Shown here: positions 12,368 through 22,288 of the stretch, piece by piece
How the letters are laid out: each line of letters begins with the position of its first letter
Position numbering within the stretch: position 1 is the first letter of the stretch
NCBI GenBank assembly: GCA_029288035.1
Contig: JARFPZ010000064.1
Location: 1 to 46,853, forward strand
Origin: Desulfosarcina sp.
GTDB lineage: Bacteria > Desulfobacterota > Desulfobacteria > Desulfobacterales > JAFDCJ01
Length of the DNA stretch: 46,853 nt
Reading direction: 5' to 3'
Program-made: the position numbers and the translations under genes
The notes under the pieces: generated by a model
The model's database searches: none
Told to the model about the DNA's origin: nothing
The model's input: only the letters and a program-made list of their open reading frames with translations

Positions 12368-13126
12368 TTACGGGATATGGATCGTCGATTGCATCGGCTG
12401 CCATTGCAAGTGTTTGGTTGCAGTAATCAATTGAACGAGTGCCCGGGCCAAATGCGCCGTGGCTTCCTGCAGCCAGCAATTTTCATAAAAGCTGCTGCGC
12501 ACATCTTCCAGGGACTGCATGCTGTGGCCGGTGTGATAAATGAAACCCTGTGGAGGCAGGATAAAGCCATACTGATTCAGGATATACATAATCTCTTTGA
12601 GGGTGCTCGCCTGGCCGAGTTCACTCCCGGCCACCACGACACCGGCGACCTTGCCATGCAATGGATTGGAAATTTTCAATTTGCCGTCCGCCAGATCTTT
12701 CAGCAGATCGAAGCACTCATCGAGTGATTTGGTCGCATTGCGCGGATCAACAGGCGGTGCTTTGAAACTGATCCAACGCTCGAAAAACAACTTAAGCACC
12801 GCGGACATGCCGCCCATGTAAGTCGGGGTAGCAAACACGATGGCGTCGGCAGTCATCATCTTACGGACGATCGACTTAAAATCGTCTTCAAAGCAGTCGC
12901 ACAGGAAGTGACAGCGGGTTTCCATATCCGAGAAGCAGCCGCGGCATGGGTTCAACCGACAGGTGCTCAAATTCAGTCGTTCGAAGGAAACGTCCTTGGA
13001 TTCGGCAGCCAAGTCCAGCACGCCCTGCAGCATGATCCCGGAAAGAGAATCGAAAAGGGCATGATCTTTTTTTCGGCGTGGTGAACTATCGATACCAAGT
13101 ATTTTTATCGACTTTTGCAGGGGCAT
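12368..13126 (-). CDS. Iron-sulfur flavoprotein / NADPH-dependent FMN reductase (flavodoxin-like)
   Basis: GIDSSPRR, Cys cluster PCRGC...RCHFLCDC, ADAIVFATPTYMGGMS. Confidence 0.85.
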   Translation of the reverse strand: MPLQKSIKILGIDSSPRRKKDHALFDSLSGIMLQGVLDLAAESKDVSFERLNLSTCRLNPCRGCFSDMETRCHFLCDCFEDDFKSIVRKMMTADAIVFATPTYMGGMSAVLKLFFERWISFKAPPVDPRNATKSLDECFDLLKDLADGKLKISNPLHGKVAGVVVAGSELGQASTLKEIMYILNQYGFILPPQGFIYHTGHSMQSLEDVRSSFYENCWLQEATAHLARALVQLITATKHLQWQPMQSTIHIP

Positions 13127-13665
13127 ATAAAAGCTAAATAATCCGCAGTATTCGTAACAGGCATGTCTAACAGCGTCAAATATAAAAAGATGAGAAGTTG
13201 CTTTTCCGGGGCGGATGAATCGTAAACTGTGAATTGTGCCCCGGCATCAGCTTCCGACTTTGCTTTTTGAGCTACATCGGGACAAGATAGCCTAACATAT
13301 TGAGGCGCCAATTAAAGGGAACCAATAACTATTCTGATAACGAAAGCAGGAACGGTTGTCAATATTGATTTTTAGACGAAAATTTGAGCATTTACTTACT
13401 TTTAACAATCGGTGTGCTGTTGACCGACAGCTTGAGTAGCTTGTTCGGTTACTATTCCCGGAATCTCCTGGAAAAGGACGAGTACTGGTTTTCCGGCTTT
13501 AGCGCTATTTTCTAAAGCGGTATCCAGGTCGCGTCCCCAATCGAAAGTCACCGACTTCAATCGGAGTTTTTATTGTTTGGCCGCTGAACACTGTAGCACC
13601 GGTGGCCAAAATTATAAGTATTGTGAGCACTCTTATTTTTTGCATATCATACAGGATTCACTCAA

Positions 13666-14313
13666 CTAATCTTCCTTTACCCACGTTCCGAAAACAATAT
13701 CCCAGAAGATATTCGTGACGCCAAAGCGCTTGTCCGGTGTTTTCCAGTGATGCCGCATGTGATTCTTTCGCAACATTTTAAAATAGTTGGACTTCAGATC
13801 GAAATGATGAATGGCGTAGTGGGACATGTCATACAAAATGTATCCAATCAAAAACCCCGCAAAAAGAGGATACACCCAGTGGGGCCGGCCGAAAATCATC
13901 TCAATGACATTCGCATAAAAATAGTAAAACAGCAGCGCCAGTGGAATACTCACCGCCGGCGGCATAACCAGCCGGCTTTTTGCCATTGGCTGAGCATGGT
14001 GAACCCCATGAAAAAGAAATGAAATCCTTTCCTGCCACTTATTTCTGGGTTTAAAGTGAAATACAAACCGATGAACTCCGTACTCGGTCAGGGACCAGAG
14101 TATCAGGCCCACAATCATACAAGCCGGAAAATAAAGTAAATATACGCCATCGGGCCGATTCATCAGACCGTAAACAACAAACCACAATACCACCGGAATC
14201 CAAATGATCAGAACGATGGCAGGATGTATATGGGAAAAAAATTCAAGGAAATCCGACTTAAACAAACGAATCGGTTCTTTGCTGGATTGTACTTTCCACA
14301 TAAGTATGCTCAC
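13666..14313 (-). CDS. Fatty acid hydroxylase / sterol desaturase family (FA2H/Scs7-like) membrane di-metal enzyme
   Basis: His boxes EYGVHRFVFH, HGVHH, YDMSHYAIHH, HMRHH; RLVMPP; FGVT..FWD.VFGT. Confidence 0.92.
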   Translation of the reverse strand: MSILMWKVQSSKEPIRLFKSDFLEFFSHIHPAIVLIIWIPVVLWFVVYGLMNRPDGVYLLYFPACMIVGLILWSLTEYGVHRFVFHFKPRNKWQERISFLFHGVHHAQPMAKSRLVMPPAVSIPLALLFYYFYANVIEMIFGRPHWVYPLFAGFLIGYILYDMSHYAIHHFDLKSNYFKMLRKNHMRHHWKTPDKRFGVTNIFWDIVFGTWVKED

Positions 14314-14333
14314 TTAACTCATCAAATTTAAAT

Positions 14334-15446
14334 TTATTGAACTTTTCCTCTTCCGGCAATTAGAAGTTCTGCCTCGACTTTTCCACGCCGAATTCCATAG
14401 GCTTTGTCAGACAGATTAATGACCGGACAGGCATGATTGGGAATGATTCTAACCGTCTCACCAATTTCCAGCTTTTCCTTGGAATCCAACGACATGACGC
14501 CGTGTTCTTCGGAAAGCCTCTCGAGCACTGCGTTCTTATTCAGCACAAGGCCGAACCCTTTTAGCATCTCCTTTCCGTGGGCCCCTTTGTCTAACGCAAA
14601 AACTTTGCTTCCGGCATCGACCACTGCCCGGTCATGGGCCGGGCGACTTGTTACCGTGGCCAATACCGTCAAGGCACATTCTTGTGGGTTGGCAACGCCC
14701 AGGGCAATTTGAATCGCATCCAAAAATATATAGTTGCCGGGCCGTATCTCGTTAACGCCGGCGCACCCGTTCCAAACCCGCATGGTGGGGGTGGACCCGA
14801 CGGAGACAACCTCAGGCCGAACGCCAACGTCCTTAAAGCAGTTGCAGGTCTCGACGATGATTTCGCTTTCAAGTTTGCTGACCGCCATTACGTCTTCAAG
14901 GGTTTGTTTACCGTAGACCTGACCGGCGTGGGTAAAGATGCCTTTAAATCTCAGCCCGGTGAGCTGTTTGATGGCGCTAAATAATTCGACAGCGGGCAGA
15001 CCCGGTGGAACGCCGCAGCGGTTCAGCCCACTGTCGATTTCAATCACATAGTCTATTTTTTTTCCAGCGGCTGAAAATACATCGGAAAGGATTTTTGCAC
15101 CGGCCGCACTGTCCAGTCCGACGGATACCTTAACCCTTTTTGAAAGTGCCGCCAGCCTCTTGAGTTTGGTTGTGGTGACAACCTGGTTGGCGATGAAGAT
15201 GTCTTTGATTCCCGCATCCGCCATGACTTCGGCCTCTGCGACCTTGGAAGCGGTTACCCCCACGGCACCCAATCGGATTTGAGTCCGCGCCAATTCGGGT
15301 ATCTTGTGAGCCTTGATATGCGGGCGCAGCAACGCTCCGGTTGTATCAGCCTTTTTTTGCATGGTTGCCAGGTTTTTTTCGACCCTATCTAAATCGATTA
15401 ATAGCGCAGGCGTGTCAATGTCAAATGCGTTTGAATCTGTCACCAC
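14334..15446 (-). CDS. D-threonine aldolase/D-serine dehydratase (DSD1) family PLP-dependent enzyme
   Basis: DTPALLIDLD, LRPHIKAHK (PLP lysine), EIRPGNY, DAGSK, SEEHG, IPNHACP. Confidence 0.92.
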   Translation of the reverse strand: MVTDSNAFDIDTPALLIDLDRVEKNLATMQKKADTTGALLRPHIKAHKIPELARTQIRLGAVGVTASKVAEAEVMADAGIKDIFIANQVVTTTKLKRLAALSKRVKVSVGLDSAAGAKILSDVFSAAGKKIDYVIEIDSGLNRCGVPPGLPAVELFSAIKQLTGLRFKGIFTHAGQVYGKQTLEDVMAVSKLESEIIVETCNCFKDVGVRPEVVSVGSTPTMRVWNGCAGVNEIRPGNYIFLDAIQIALGVANPQECALTVLATVTSRPAHDRAVVDAGSKVFALDKGAHGKEMLKGFGLVLNKNAVLERLSEEHGVMSLDSKEKLEIGETVRIIPNHACPVINLSDKAYGIRRGKVEAELLIAGRGKVQ

Positions 15447-15820
15447 AAATCCCCTTTAGCTGGAATACCGACCAGTTCGGTTACCACCCGCAAAACACCG
15501 TGTGAGATTACGGGGGAGCATAAAGTAATCTTGAATTTTTTTTTATAAATAATGCAACAAATCGATTTTCTGATAGAATTCATAATAGGGATAATCATTG
15601 CTTTGGTCAAATCTTTAGAGGAACTTTTGTGCCCAAATTGTGACCGTCCAGGTCAAATACTTCCAGATAGTTCCAAACGAAATCAAAAGTTGTCTGATAA
15701 ATTCAGAACTACTGATGAGTCGAAAAATCGGATACAACAAAAATTTCAGAAATCGCGTCAATAAAACTGAATTTGGGGCGAATCGTTCTGAATTTAATTT
15801 TTTATTTCGGTTCTAAAACC

Positions 15821-16146
15821 AAAATAAAGGGCAATGACGATCAGCTATCTGAATATCATCGCAATTGGGTCGAGGAGGCTTTGAAAATTGGATGCAGCCA
15901 ACGTGATGCAAAATGAAGGGAAAGCATCGCAGTCCGGGATAAAAAATTTGCGATGTAAACAAACGCTAAACTGGGTGCAAAGGCAATAGGCCTCAGATAG
16001 TTGGAAAATAATGAAGGATATGAGCTTAAAGAATTCTAAAATCCTTGCGACCGTGTTTTTGACCCCGAAAAGTGCAGCTTAAGGCTGAAAAAGGACGATC
16101 TCCGGCAGGTTTCTTAATGAAATACAAGCATATAGCTTGGTCCGAC
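15821..16146 (+). pseudogene. Decayed C-terminal part of a RAYT/IS200-like transposase with right-end remnant
   Basis: One frame (15821-16117) reads ...EYHRNWVEEALK...RDAK*RESIAVRDKKF...KLGAKAIG...GYELKE with 4 internal stops, followed by TAGCTTGGTCCGAC. Family recognised from memory. Confidence 0.55.
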
Positions 16147-16257
16147 AAAAGATAGTGTTTGCCAGATCCCAGATTATTTTAGCCTTGCAAGCCGAATGAA
16201 GTTCATTATAAATTGACCTTGGTATTCAACTGGGTACGGAAAGGGGGAAATGGCATA

Positions 16258-16488
16258 ATGAAGGATCTGATATCTGATATTGTAAAAGCCTTGGTTGATC
16301 AACCGGATCAGGTTTCGGTGAATGAAGTTGAAGGTGGCCACACCGTCGTGTTGGAACTAAGTGTTGCCAAGAGTGATATGGGCAAGGTCATCGGTAAACG
16401 GGGCCGGAATGCTTTGGCACTGAGGACGATATTAAGTGCAGCATCCGGCAAGGTCCGGAAAAGATATGTTCTTGAGATTGTTGAGTGA
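16258..16488 (+). CDS. khpA: KH-domain RNA-binding protein KhpA (YlqC/UPF0109) paralogue
   Basis: MKDLI..IVKALVDQPDQV, DMGKVIGKRGR (GxxG loop), LEIVE; AAGGGGG RBS. Confidence 0.9.
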   Translation: MKDLISDIVKALVDQPDQVSVNEVEGGHTVVLELSVAKSDMGKVIGKRGRNALALRTILSAASGKVRKRYVLEIVE

Positions 16489-16662
16489 TAATCTCCGGCT
16501 TCCTACATGCTATTCGGAACAAGTAGTGATTCAGGCCCTCCAATGCTTTTTTGCAAATTTCTTACTGTTATCGGGCGGGTATCACAGAGCGGGAAGGCCC
16601 GGATATAAGCTGGGGTGATTCCATTCATCCCATAATATGATAAAGATATTGGAAGGTTTATT

Positions 16663-18108
16663 ATGGGATATCCAACGGTATTTCCGACAGGCACTACCAT
16701 TTATAACCCAGAAAAATGCTGGAATGGATATACGGTTTTTCAGGCCAAAGATCTAGGCGCTACGATTATAGACATGAACGGCAATATTATAAGGCAGGTT
16801 CAGCGTCTTCATGGCTTTCCCAACAAGCTGCTGCCAAATGGAATCCTAATGGGAAACACCGGTCGTCGTGACAGCAAATATGGTTATCAGGATATGAAAT
16901 CCCTGGTTCAGGTCAACTGGGAAGGGGAGGTAACCTGGCGTTTCGATCGATACGAATATATCGAAGATCCTGGTGAAAAACCGCAATGGATGGCCAGACA
17001 GCACCATGATTACCAGCGGGAAGGCAATCCTGTCGGATATTACGTACCCGATATGGATCCGCTCGTCGATAAAGGAAACACCCTGATCCTGTCTCATAAG
17101 AACTTGCATAACCATAATATAACCGACAAACTACTGCTGGATGACACCATCATAGAAGTGAGCTGGGAAGGGGACATCGTCTGGGAATGGGTTTGCAGCG
17201 AGCATTTCGACGAATTTGAATTCGATCAGCAAGCTTTGAACACATTGTACCGCAATCCGAATTTACATACTGAAATTGAAGGCGGTGTGGCTGACTGGAT
17301 CCATATCAATTCGCTATCAGCCCTGGGTCCCAATCAATGGTACGACGGCGGTGACTCGCGTTTCCATCCGGACAATCTTATCTGGTCAAGCCGTCAAACG
17401 AACATACTCGCCATTGTGGATAAAAAATCAGGCAAGGTCGTCTGGCAGATTGGGCCGGATTACAGCTTAACGCCTGCCTTGCGAGAATTGGAATGGATTA
17501 TCGGGCCGCATCACGCCCATATTATTCCCCGGGGGTTGCCCGGAGCTGGCAACCTTTTGGTGTTCGACAACGGCGGATGGGCCGGATACGGTGCCCCCAA
17601 TCCTTCCTCGCCCAAGGGATTCAATAATGCCTTACGCGATAGTTCCCGTGTATTGGAAATCGATCCCAAAACCCTGAAAATAATTTGGCAGTATACACCG
17701 GTAGAGGCGGGTTTCGTAAAAATGGCCGACAACTACAAATTTTATAGTGGTTACATCAGTTCAGCGCAGCGGCTACCCAATGGAAACACGCTGATTGCGG
17801 AAGGATCCGATGGCCGAATGTTTGAAGTAACTGCAGACCATGAGATCGTGTGGGAATATGTCAGCCCGTTTTTTGCTCTGGGTGAAAATACGAATTATCT
17901 GTACCGGGCGTATCGCTACCCCTATGAATGGATACCCCAAATAGACCCACCCGCGCAAATACCGATCCATAAAATCGATTGCGCGTCTTTTCGCGTGCCG
18001 GGTTCGGTGGACAGTCAGCCCAAAAATGTGTCTTTGTTCGATGAGGGCGATGAATACGCCAACACCACCCAGCTATGTATCGTGGCAGATCATCAGAATA
18101 AACCTTAA
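16663..18108 (+). CDS. Aryl-sulfate sulfotransferase (ASST) family, no signal peptide
   Basis: PTGTTIYNPEKCWNGYT, RQHHD, DWIHINS, GPHHAH, FDNG, SSAQRLPNGNTLI beta-propeller motifs. Confidence 0.88.
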   Translation: MGYPTVFPTGTTIYNPEKCWNGYTVFQAKDLGATIIDMNGNIIRQVQRLHGFPNKLLPNGILMGNTGRRDSKYGYQDMKSLVQVNWEGEVTWRFDRYEYIEDPGEKPQWMARQHHDYQREGNPVGYYVPDMDPLVDKGNTLILSHKNLHNHNITDKLLLDDTIIEVSWEGDIVWEWVCSEHFDEFEFDQQALNTLYRNPNLHTEIEGGVADWIHINSLSALGPNQWYDGGDSRFHPDNLIWSSRQTNILAIVDKKSGKVVWQIGPDYSLTPALRELEWIIGPHHAHIIPRGLPGAGNLLVFDNGGWAGYGAPNPSSPKGFNNALRDSSRVLEIDPKTLKIIWQYTPVEAGFVKMADNYKFYSGYISSAQRLPNGNTLIAEGSDGRMFEVTADHEIVWEYVSPFFALGENTNYLYRAYRYPYEWIPQIDPPAQIPIHKIDCASFRVPGSVDSQPKNVSLFDEGDEYANTTQLCIVADHQNKP

Positions 18109-18159
18109 GGAAAATGGTCACGGGCAATAGAAAATTCCCTGTTACCGGTTTAATCACTT

Positions 18160-19662
18160 TCATTGCTGTTTTCTTTTCGTCGGGCGTAGGCTGAACCAAT
18201 ACACCGAAGTAATTGCCAGGGCAAACAAAACGAGTGCAATCGGATGGTAAATCAACAGGGTAGGTTCGCCATCGATCAAATTCAGCGATTGAGATAAGGT
18301 CAGTTCGAATCTTTCCCCGAGAAAAAAGCCGATAACAAACACGATGGCCGAGTAGCCAAACGCGTTCATCAGGTAACTGATAAATGCGAAGATGAACATA
18401 ATCGCCACGCCAAGCAATCCGCCGGTGGCCATATATACGCCCACGATGCAAAGCAGCAGGGCCGTCGGGAAAATAAACGATTCCGGCGATCGAATCACAC
18501 GTGACCAGAGCCGTAATCCTAAGAGTCCCGATAATAGATTCAGCACATTGGCCATCATTAAAGCGCCGAAAAGACCGTAAATCAACTGTCCCTGCTCCCT
18601 GAATAGAAGGGGGCCCGGTTGGACGCCATGAATCATCAGGGCGGTGATAATCAGTGCTGCCGCAATGTTACCGGGTATGCCCAGGGTCAGCATGGGGATC
18701 AAATTGGCTCCGGAGACCGAGCTGTTGGCCGATTCCGTGGCCGCGATGCCATGAATGTTGCCCTTGCCGAAACTATCCGGTTCCTTGGATGTTTGTTTCG
18801 TTGTGGCATAGGTCATAAACGCGGCGGCAGAAGAGTCGAGCCCCGGGATAGCGCCCATGATAGTTCCGATCACCGCACCTCTCAACATGGTATAACGGCA
18901 GTCCCAATATTCGGCCCAGCTTACCCGACGATCTTCCTTTTTTTGTGTTTTCGAAAATTCGACGGCCGAACTGATCTGGCCTCGAATTTGGGAGAGCCGG
19001 CGAAAAATTTCGGGCACGGCCAGCATGCCTAGCGCCACCGACACCAGCGGCAACCCTTCATAGAGCTCGAAAAACCCGAAAATAAAGCGCGGTGAACTGT
19101 TTTCCGGATCCAATCCCACGGTCGCGCAAAACAGGCCCAAGGCCGCCGATACGATGCCTTTGGCCATGGAATCGCCCACCAGCCCGGCGATGACCGAGAA
19201 GGCAAATACCATGAGGGCAAATATTTCTATAGGACCCATTTTCAAGGCTGCCGCAGCGACCACCGGAGAGACGGTGAAAAGGACGATATCGCTGAAGGCA
19301 TCACCAGTGATGGACGAATAAAGCGCCATTTTGGTCGCTTTTTCCGGTTTCCCTTTTTGGGTCAACGGAAAACCATCCAGGGTAGTGGCGGCGGCGTCGG
19401 GCGTTCCGGGGGTGTTGATCAAAATGGCGGGAATGGCGCCACCAACCAGACCGCCTTTGTTGACCCCGACCAAAAAGGCGATGGCCGTGAGGGGATTCAG
19501 GGTAAAGGTAAACGGAATTGCGATGGCCATGGCCATCACCGGCCCTGTACCGGGCAGGGCGCCCACAAGTTGTCCCAAAATCACCCCAAACAAGACAAAA
19601 CACATATTGTACAGCGTAAATGCATCGGCAAAACCCGCCAGGACGATGTGAAAATCGATCAT
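18160..19662 (-). CDS. tctA: Tripartite tricarboxylate transporter large permease TctA
   Basis: GQLVGALPGTG, INTPGTP, ESANS, LTLGIPG, GVQPGP motifs; about 12 TM segments. Confidence 0.93.
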   Translation of the reverse strand: MIDFHIVLAGFADAFTLYNMCFVLFGVILGQLVGALPGTGPVMAMAIAIPFTFTLNPLTAIAFLVGVNKGGLVGGAIPAILINTPGTPDAAATTLDGFPLTQKGKPEKATKMALYSSITGDAFSDIVLFTVSPVVAAAALKMGPIEIFALMVFAFSVIAGLVGDSMAKGIVSAALGLFCATVGLDPENSSPRFIFGFFELYEGLPLVSVALGMLAVPEIFRRLSQIRGQISSAVEFSKTQKKEDRRVSWAEYWDCRYTMLRGAVIGTIMGAIPGLDSSAAAFMTYATTKQTSKEPDSFGKGNIHGIAATESANSSVSGANLIPMLTLGIPGNIAAALIITALMIHGVQPGPLLFREQGQLIYGLFGALMMANVLNLLSGLLGLRLWSRVIRSPESFIFPTALLLCIVGVYMATGGLLGVAIMFIFAFISYLMNAFGYSAIVFVIGFFLGERFELTLSQSLNLIDGEPTLLIYHPIALVLFALAITSVYWFSLRPTKRKQQ

Positions 19663-19680
19663 ATCACTTACCGCTTTTTT

Positions 19681-20100
19681 TTATGGAAGGGGTCTTTTCA
19701 GCAGCAGCTCAACGGAACTCCACATCGCCAAAGGTATCAACACAATGCCTGCAAACAGCCATAGCGGCCGTCGTTCCCCAATTAAAAGCATAAGCGTCAT
19801 TACCAGAAGCGGCGCGGCGATGATAAAGCCCAGGTAATACATTAAAAAAAGGCCTGCCAGGGAAATCACGAAAAACAAACCGGCACGCACAGCAAGCTGT
19901 GCATCAAAATCGACCTTTCCTGAAGGGAAAAGGATATGAATAATGCCCGATATAACGGCAATCGTGGCAGTGATTTTCGGCAACGTCGCCGGTCGCAGCC
20001 ATCCATAATCCACTGTTTCGGTGTGCCGGGGGATAATCCAGAAAAGCAGTATAATGCCAAAAACAGCAACAATAACGCCAGATAAGCGATTGAGTGTCAT
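19681..20100 (-). CDS. tctB: Tripartite tricarboxylate transporter small permease TctB
   Basis: Hydrophobic protein ending LLKRPLP, between tctC and tctA. ATG 20100 preferred because the upstream GTG lies within an inverted repeat. Confidence 0.8.
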   Translation of the reverse strand: MTLNRLSGVIVAVFGIILLFWIIPRHTETVDYGWLRPATLPKITATIAVISGIIHILFPSGKVDFDAQLAVRAGLFFVISLAGLFLMYYLGFIIAAPLLVMTLMLLIGERRPLWLFAGIVLIPLAMWSSVELLLKRPLP

Positions 20101-20178
20101 CCGAACTTTCCTGATTTGGGGTAAAACGGCCCCGCGTGACGAATCCCGCAGGGCCCCTCCTAGGGTTGTCTGGCCGGT

Positions 20179-20246
20179 GTTCACAGGTTCAGAGTTCTGC
20201 TTCCCAACGGACCTATCTAAAGCGATTAAATCTTGAACCTGTGAAC
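20179..20246. repeat. 13-bp inverted repeat between tctC and tctB
   Basis: GTTCACAGGTTCA (20179-20191) / TGAACCTGTGAAC (20234-20246). Confidence 0.7.
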
Positions 20247-20258
20247 GGTTACGAGGTG

Positions 20259-21209
20259 TTATTTTGCAGCTTCGATTAGTTCCTTTACAGCCGGTACTCC
20301 GTCAGCGAGCATTTTCAAAGTGCCCTCCGGGCCTAAATTATATGGCTGGGCCTTCAGTGTATTGGCAATGGCTGTTTTCACTTTGTCTGATTGGATTGCT
20401 TTGTCGAAAACACCGGCCAAGGATGCTTTTACATCGGCAGGCAACCCTTTGGGGGCAGCCAGATAATAGTAAGGATCGAGGTAGTAATTGTATCCGGATT
20501 CGATGAGGGTTTTGGTGTCGGGCGAGTAACTGTATCGATCCTTACCAAAAACCGCAATCATTTTAAGATCGCCGCTTTGGAGATATTTTATATGAGCACC
20601 TGCGGGACAGCCGACATCTACATGGCCGCCCAGAATGCTCTGGATCTGCTCTGCGCCGCTTTTATGTTTGACAAATTTGAAGTCTACACCGGCCTGATTC
20701 TTTACGGCGGACATGATCATCTGTTGGGTAACGGCATCAAACGCAATCGCAAGCTTTTTCTTTTTTGCCAGCGCAATCACGCCGTCGATATCGTTAAACG
20801 GGGCATCCGCTTTTGCTACCAGGGCGACTTCTCCCTTGGTAATGGTACCGATGTAATCAAAGGTATCGATTTTAAACGGTAGCTGGTCGCCCCGTTTGGC
20901 CAAATTTATAAGTATGGGCACATTCACAGCCAATCCAAGTGTCGATCCATCGGGTTTTGCATTCATGAGCCCCGATAGCATGGCGACACCGCCGCCACCG
21001 GGTTTGTTCTCCACCACAACGTTCCAGCCAGTATTTTCTTCTACCTTGGCTGCGACAATTCGTCCCAACGTGTCAGTGGACCCTCCGGCGCCAAATCCGA
21101 TCTGAAGTTTAATCGATCCTTTGGGCGCCCAATCTTCGGATAGACCCATAGCCGGCGAGAGTATCATGCCTAAAACAGCGATGCTGAACAATAATGACCT
21201 GATTTTCAT
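20259..21209 (-). CDS. tctC: Tripartite tricarboxylate transporter substrate-binding protein TctC (Bug family)
   Basis: Signal peptide, GFGAGGSTD, VVENKPGGGG, LGGHVD, APKGLP; GGAGGGG RBS. Confidence 0.92.
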   Translation of the reverse strand: MKIRSLLFSIAVLGMILSPAMGLSEDWAPKGSIKLQIGFGAGGSTDTLGRIVAAKVEENTGWNVVVENKPGGGGVAMLSGLMNAKPDGSTLGLAVNVPILINLAKRGDQLPFKIDTFDYIGTITKGEVALVAKADAPFNDIDGVIALAKKKKLAIAFDAVTQQMIMSAVKNQAGVDFKFVKHKSGAEQIQSILGGHVDVGCPAGAHIKYLQSGDLKMIAVFGKDRYSYSPDTKTLIESGYNYYLDPYYYLAAPKGLPADVKASLAGVFDKAIQSDKVKTAIANTLKAQPYNLGPEGTLKMLADGVPAVKELIEAAK

Positions 21210-21347
21210 AGTTCACCCCTCCTTTTTTAAGGTTAATAACGGTTGTGCTTACCCCGGTTTTTAAAGCAAATCTAGTAATCTAACTTTCCGAAGGAATAGG
21301 TGTCAAGTACAAAAGGGAATACTATTTCGTGCTTTCGTGGTTAAAAA

Positions 21348-21989
21348 TTATTCCCTTACCGGTTCCTTTCGGCGGACAATACATGGGATCGATTTGTAGG
21401 CTGGGGTCCCTGATATAGAATCACGGGACTCGTCACCGCAAAGATAGTTTGCATTTTCTTTTCCAGACCAGCCATGGGGAATAGAGACGGTGTACGGGTT
21501 TCTTCCGTGGACTATTTTTGTCCGGATGGACAATTGGCCCCATTCTGTCTCAATAACGATGAATTCATCGTCGAAAACGCCCATATCGGCAGCGATTTTT
21601 GGTGAAATTTCGGCTTGAGGAACAGGGCAAAGTTTGAGAAGATCCGGAATGTTTCGATGTTGGGAATGATTGAAGGCATTAGATCTGGCTCCCGTCACGA
21701 GTCGATACGGAAATCGATCGCAACATTGGCAACTGTCTTCACATACCGGCAGGGGTGGATATCCTTTTTGGGCAAGCCAGGTCGAATAAAGTTCGATTTT
21801 GCCAGATGGGGTATTGAAGCCGTTTTCAAGCAAAGTGCCGAAGTCCGGTTGGACGAGGCGCATTCCCCAGCGCATGGCGATTGGATCGAGTTCGGATCTT
21901 CCCGAATCAATTTGACCTCCATCAAGCGTAACCAAAAGACCGCAATTGCAGCCGCAAATCTGGCAAACGGAGGTTTTTTGAACCATCAT
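21348..21989 (-). pseudogene. Internally deleted molybdopterin (bis-MGD) oxidoreductase
   Basis: N-terminal CQICGCNCG 4Fe-4S start fused in frame after about 25 aa to GFNTPSGKIELYS and the molybdopterin-dinucleotide-binding domain IV (YRLVTGAR...HSQHRN...PHGW...NAN). GGAGG RBS. Confidence 0.8.
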
Positions 21990-22288
21990 AGAAGCCCTCC
22001 TGGTATTCATACCTGAGTTTTTCCAATTACCGATAATCTTCATACCAGCATTCGCCGGTTCATATCAAGTTGCAAAAAAATAATACAGATGTTGCGAACT
22101 CAGATCCAGATTGAAGAGGAGCAAATTAAGTAGCTCAGAGATAGAGCTAGGCAGAAGGGTGTGTCGATGTCTCAATTAATCCGCGAAGAGGTTGAATTTT
22201 AATTGAAAAATGAGGGTCGGCTTCCCGAAGATCAAAAAAGGAAGATACAGCCGGCGATCGTACGCTATGCTTCGGGCGTTTCCGAAGC

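Noticed and set aside
13130-13620. Riboswitch or small gene upstream of the flavoprotein
   Set aside because: A CCGGGGC/GCCCCGG stem and a protein-like broken frame exist, but they match no riboswitch consensus I can recognise; an Rfam/Infernal scan would be needed.
15552-15764. 70-aa plus-strand ORF
   Set aside because: AT-rich, no RBS, and overlaps a repeat-rich probable regulatory region.
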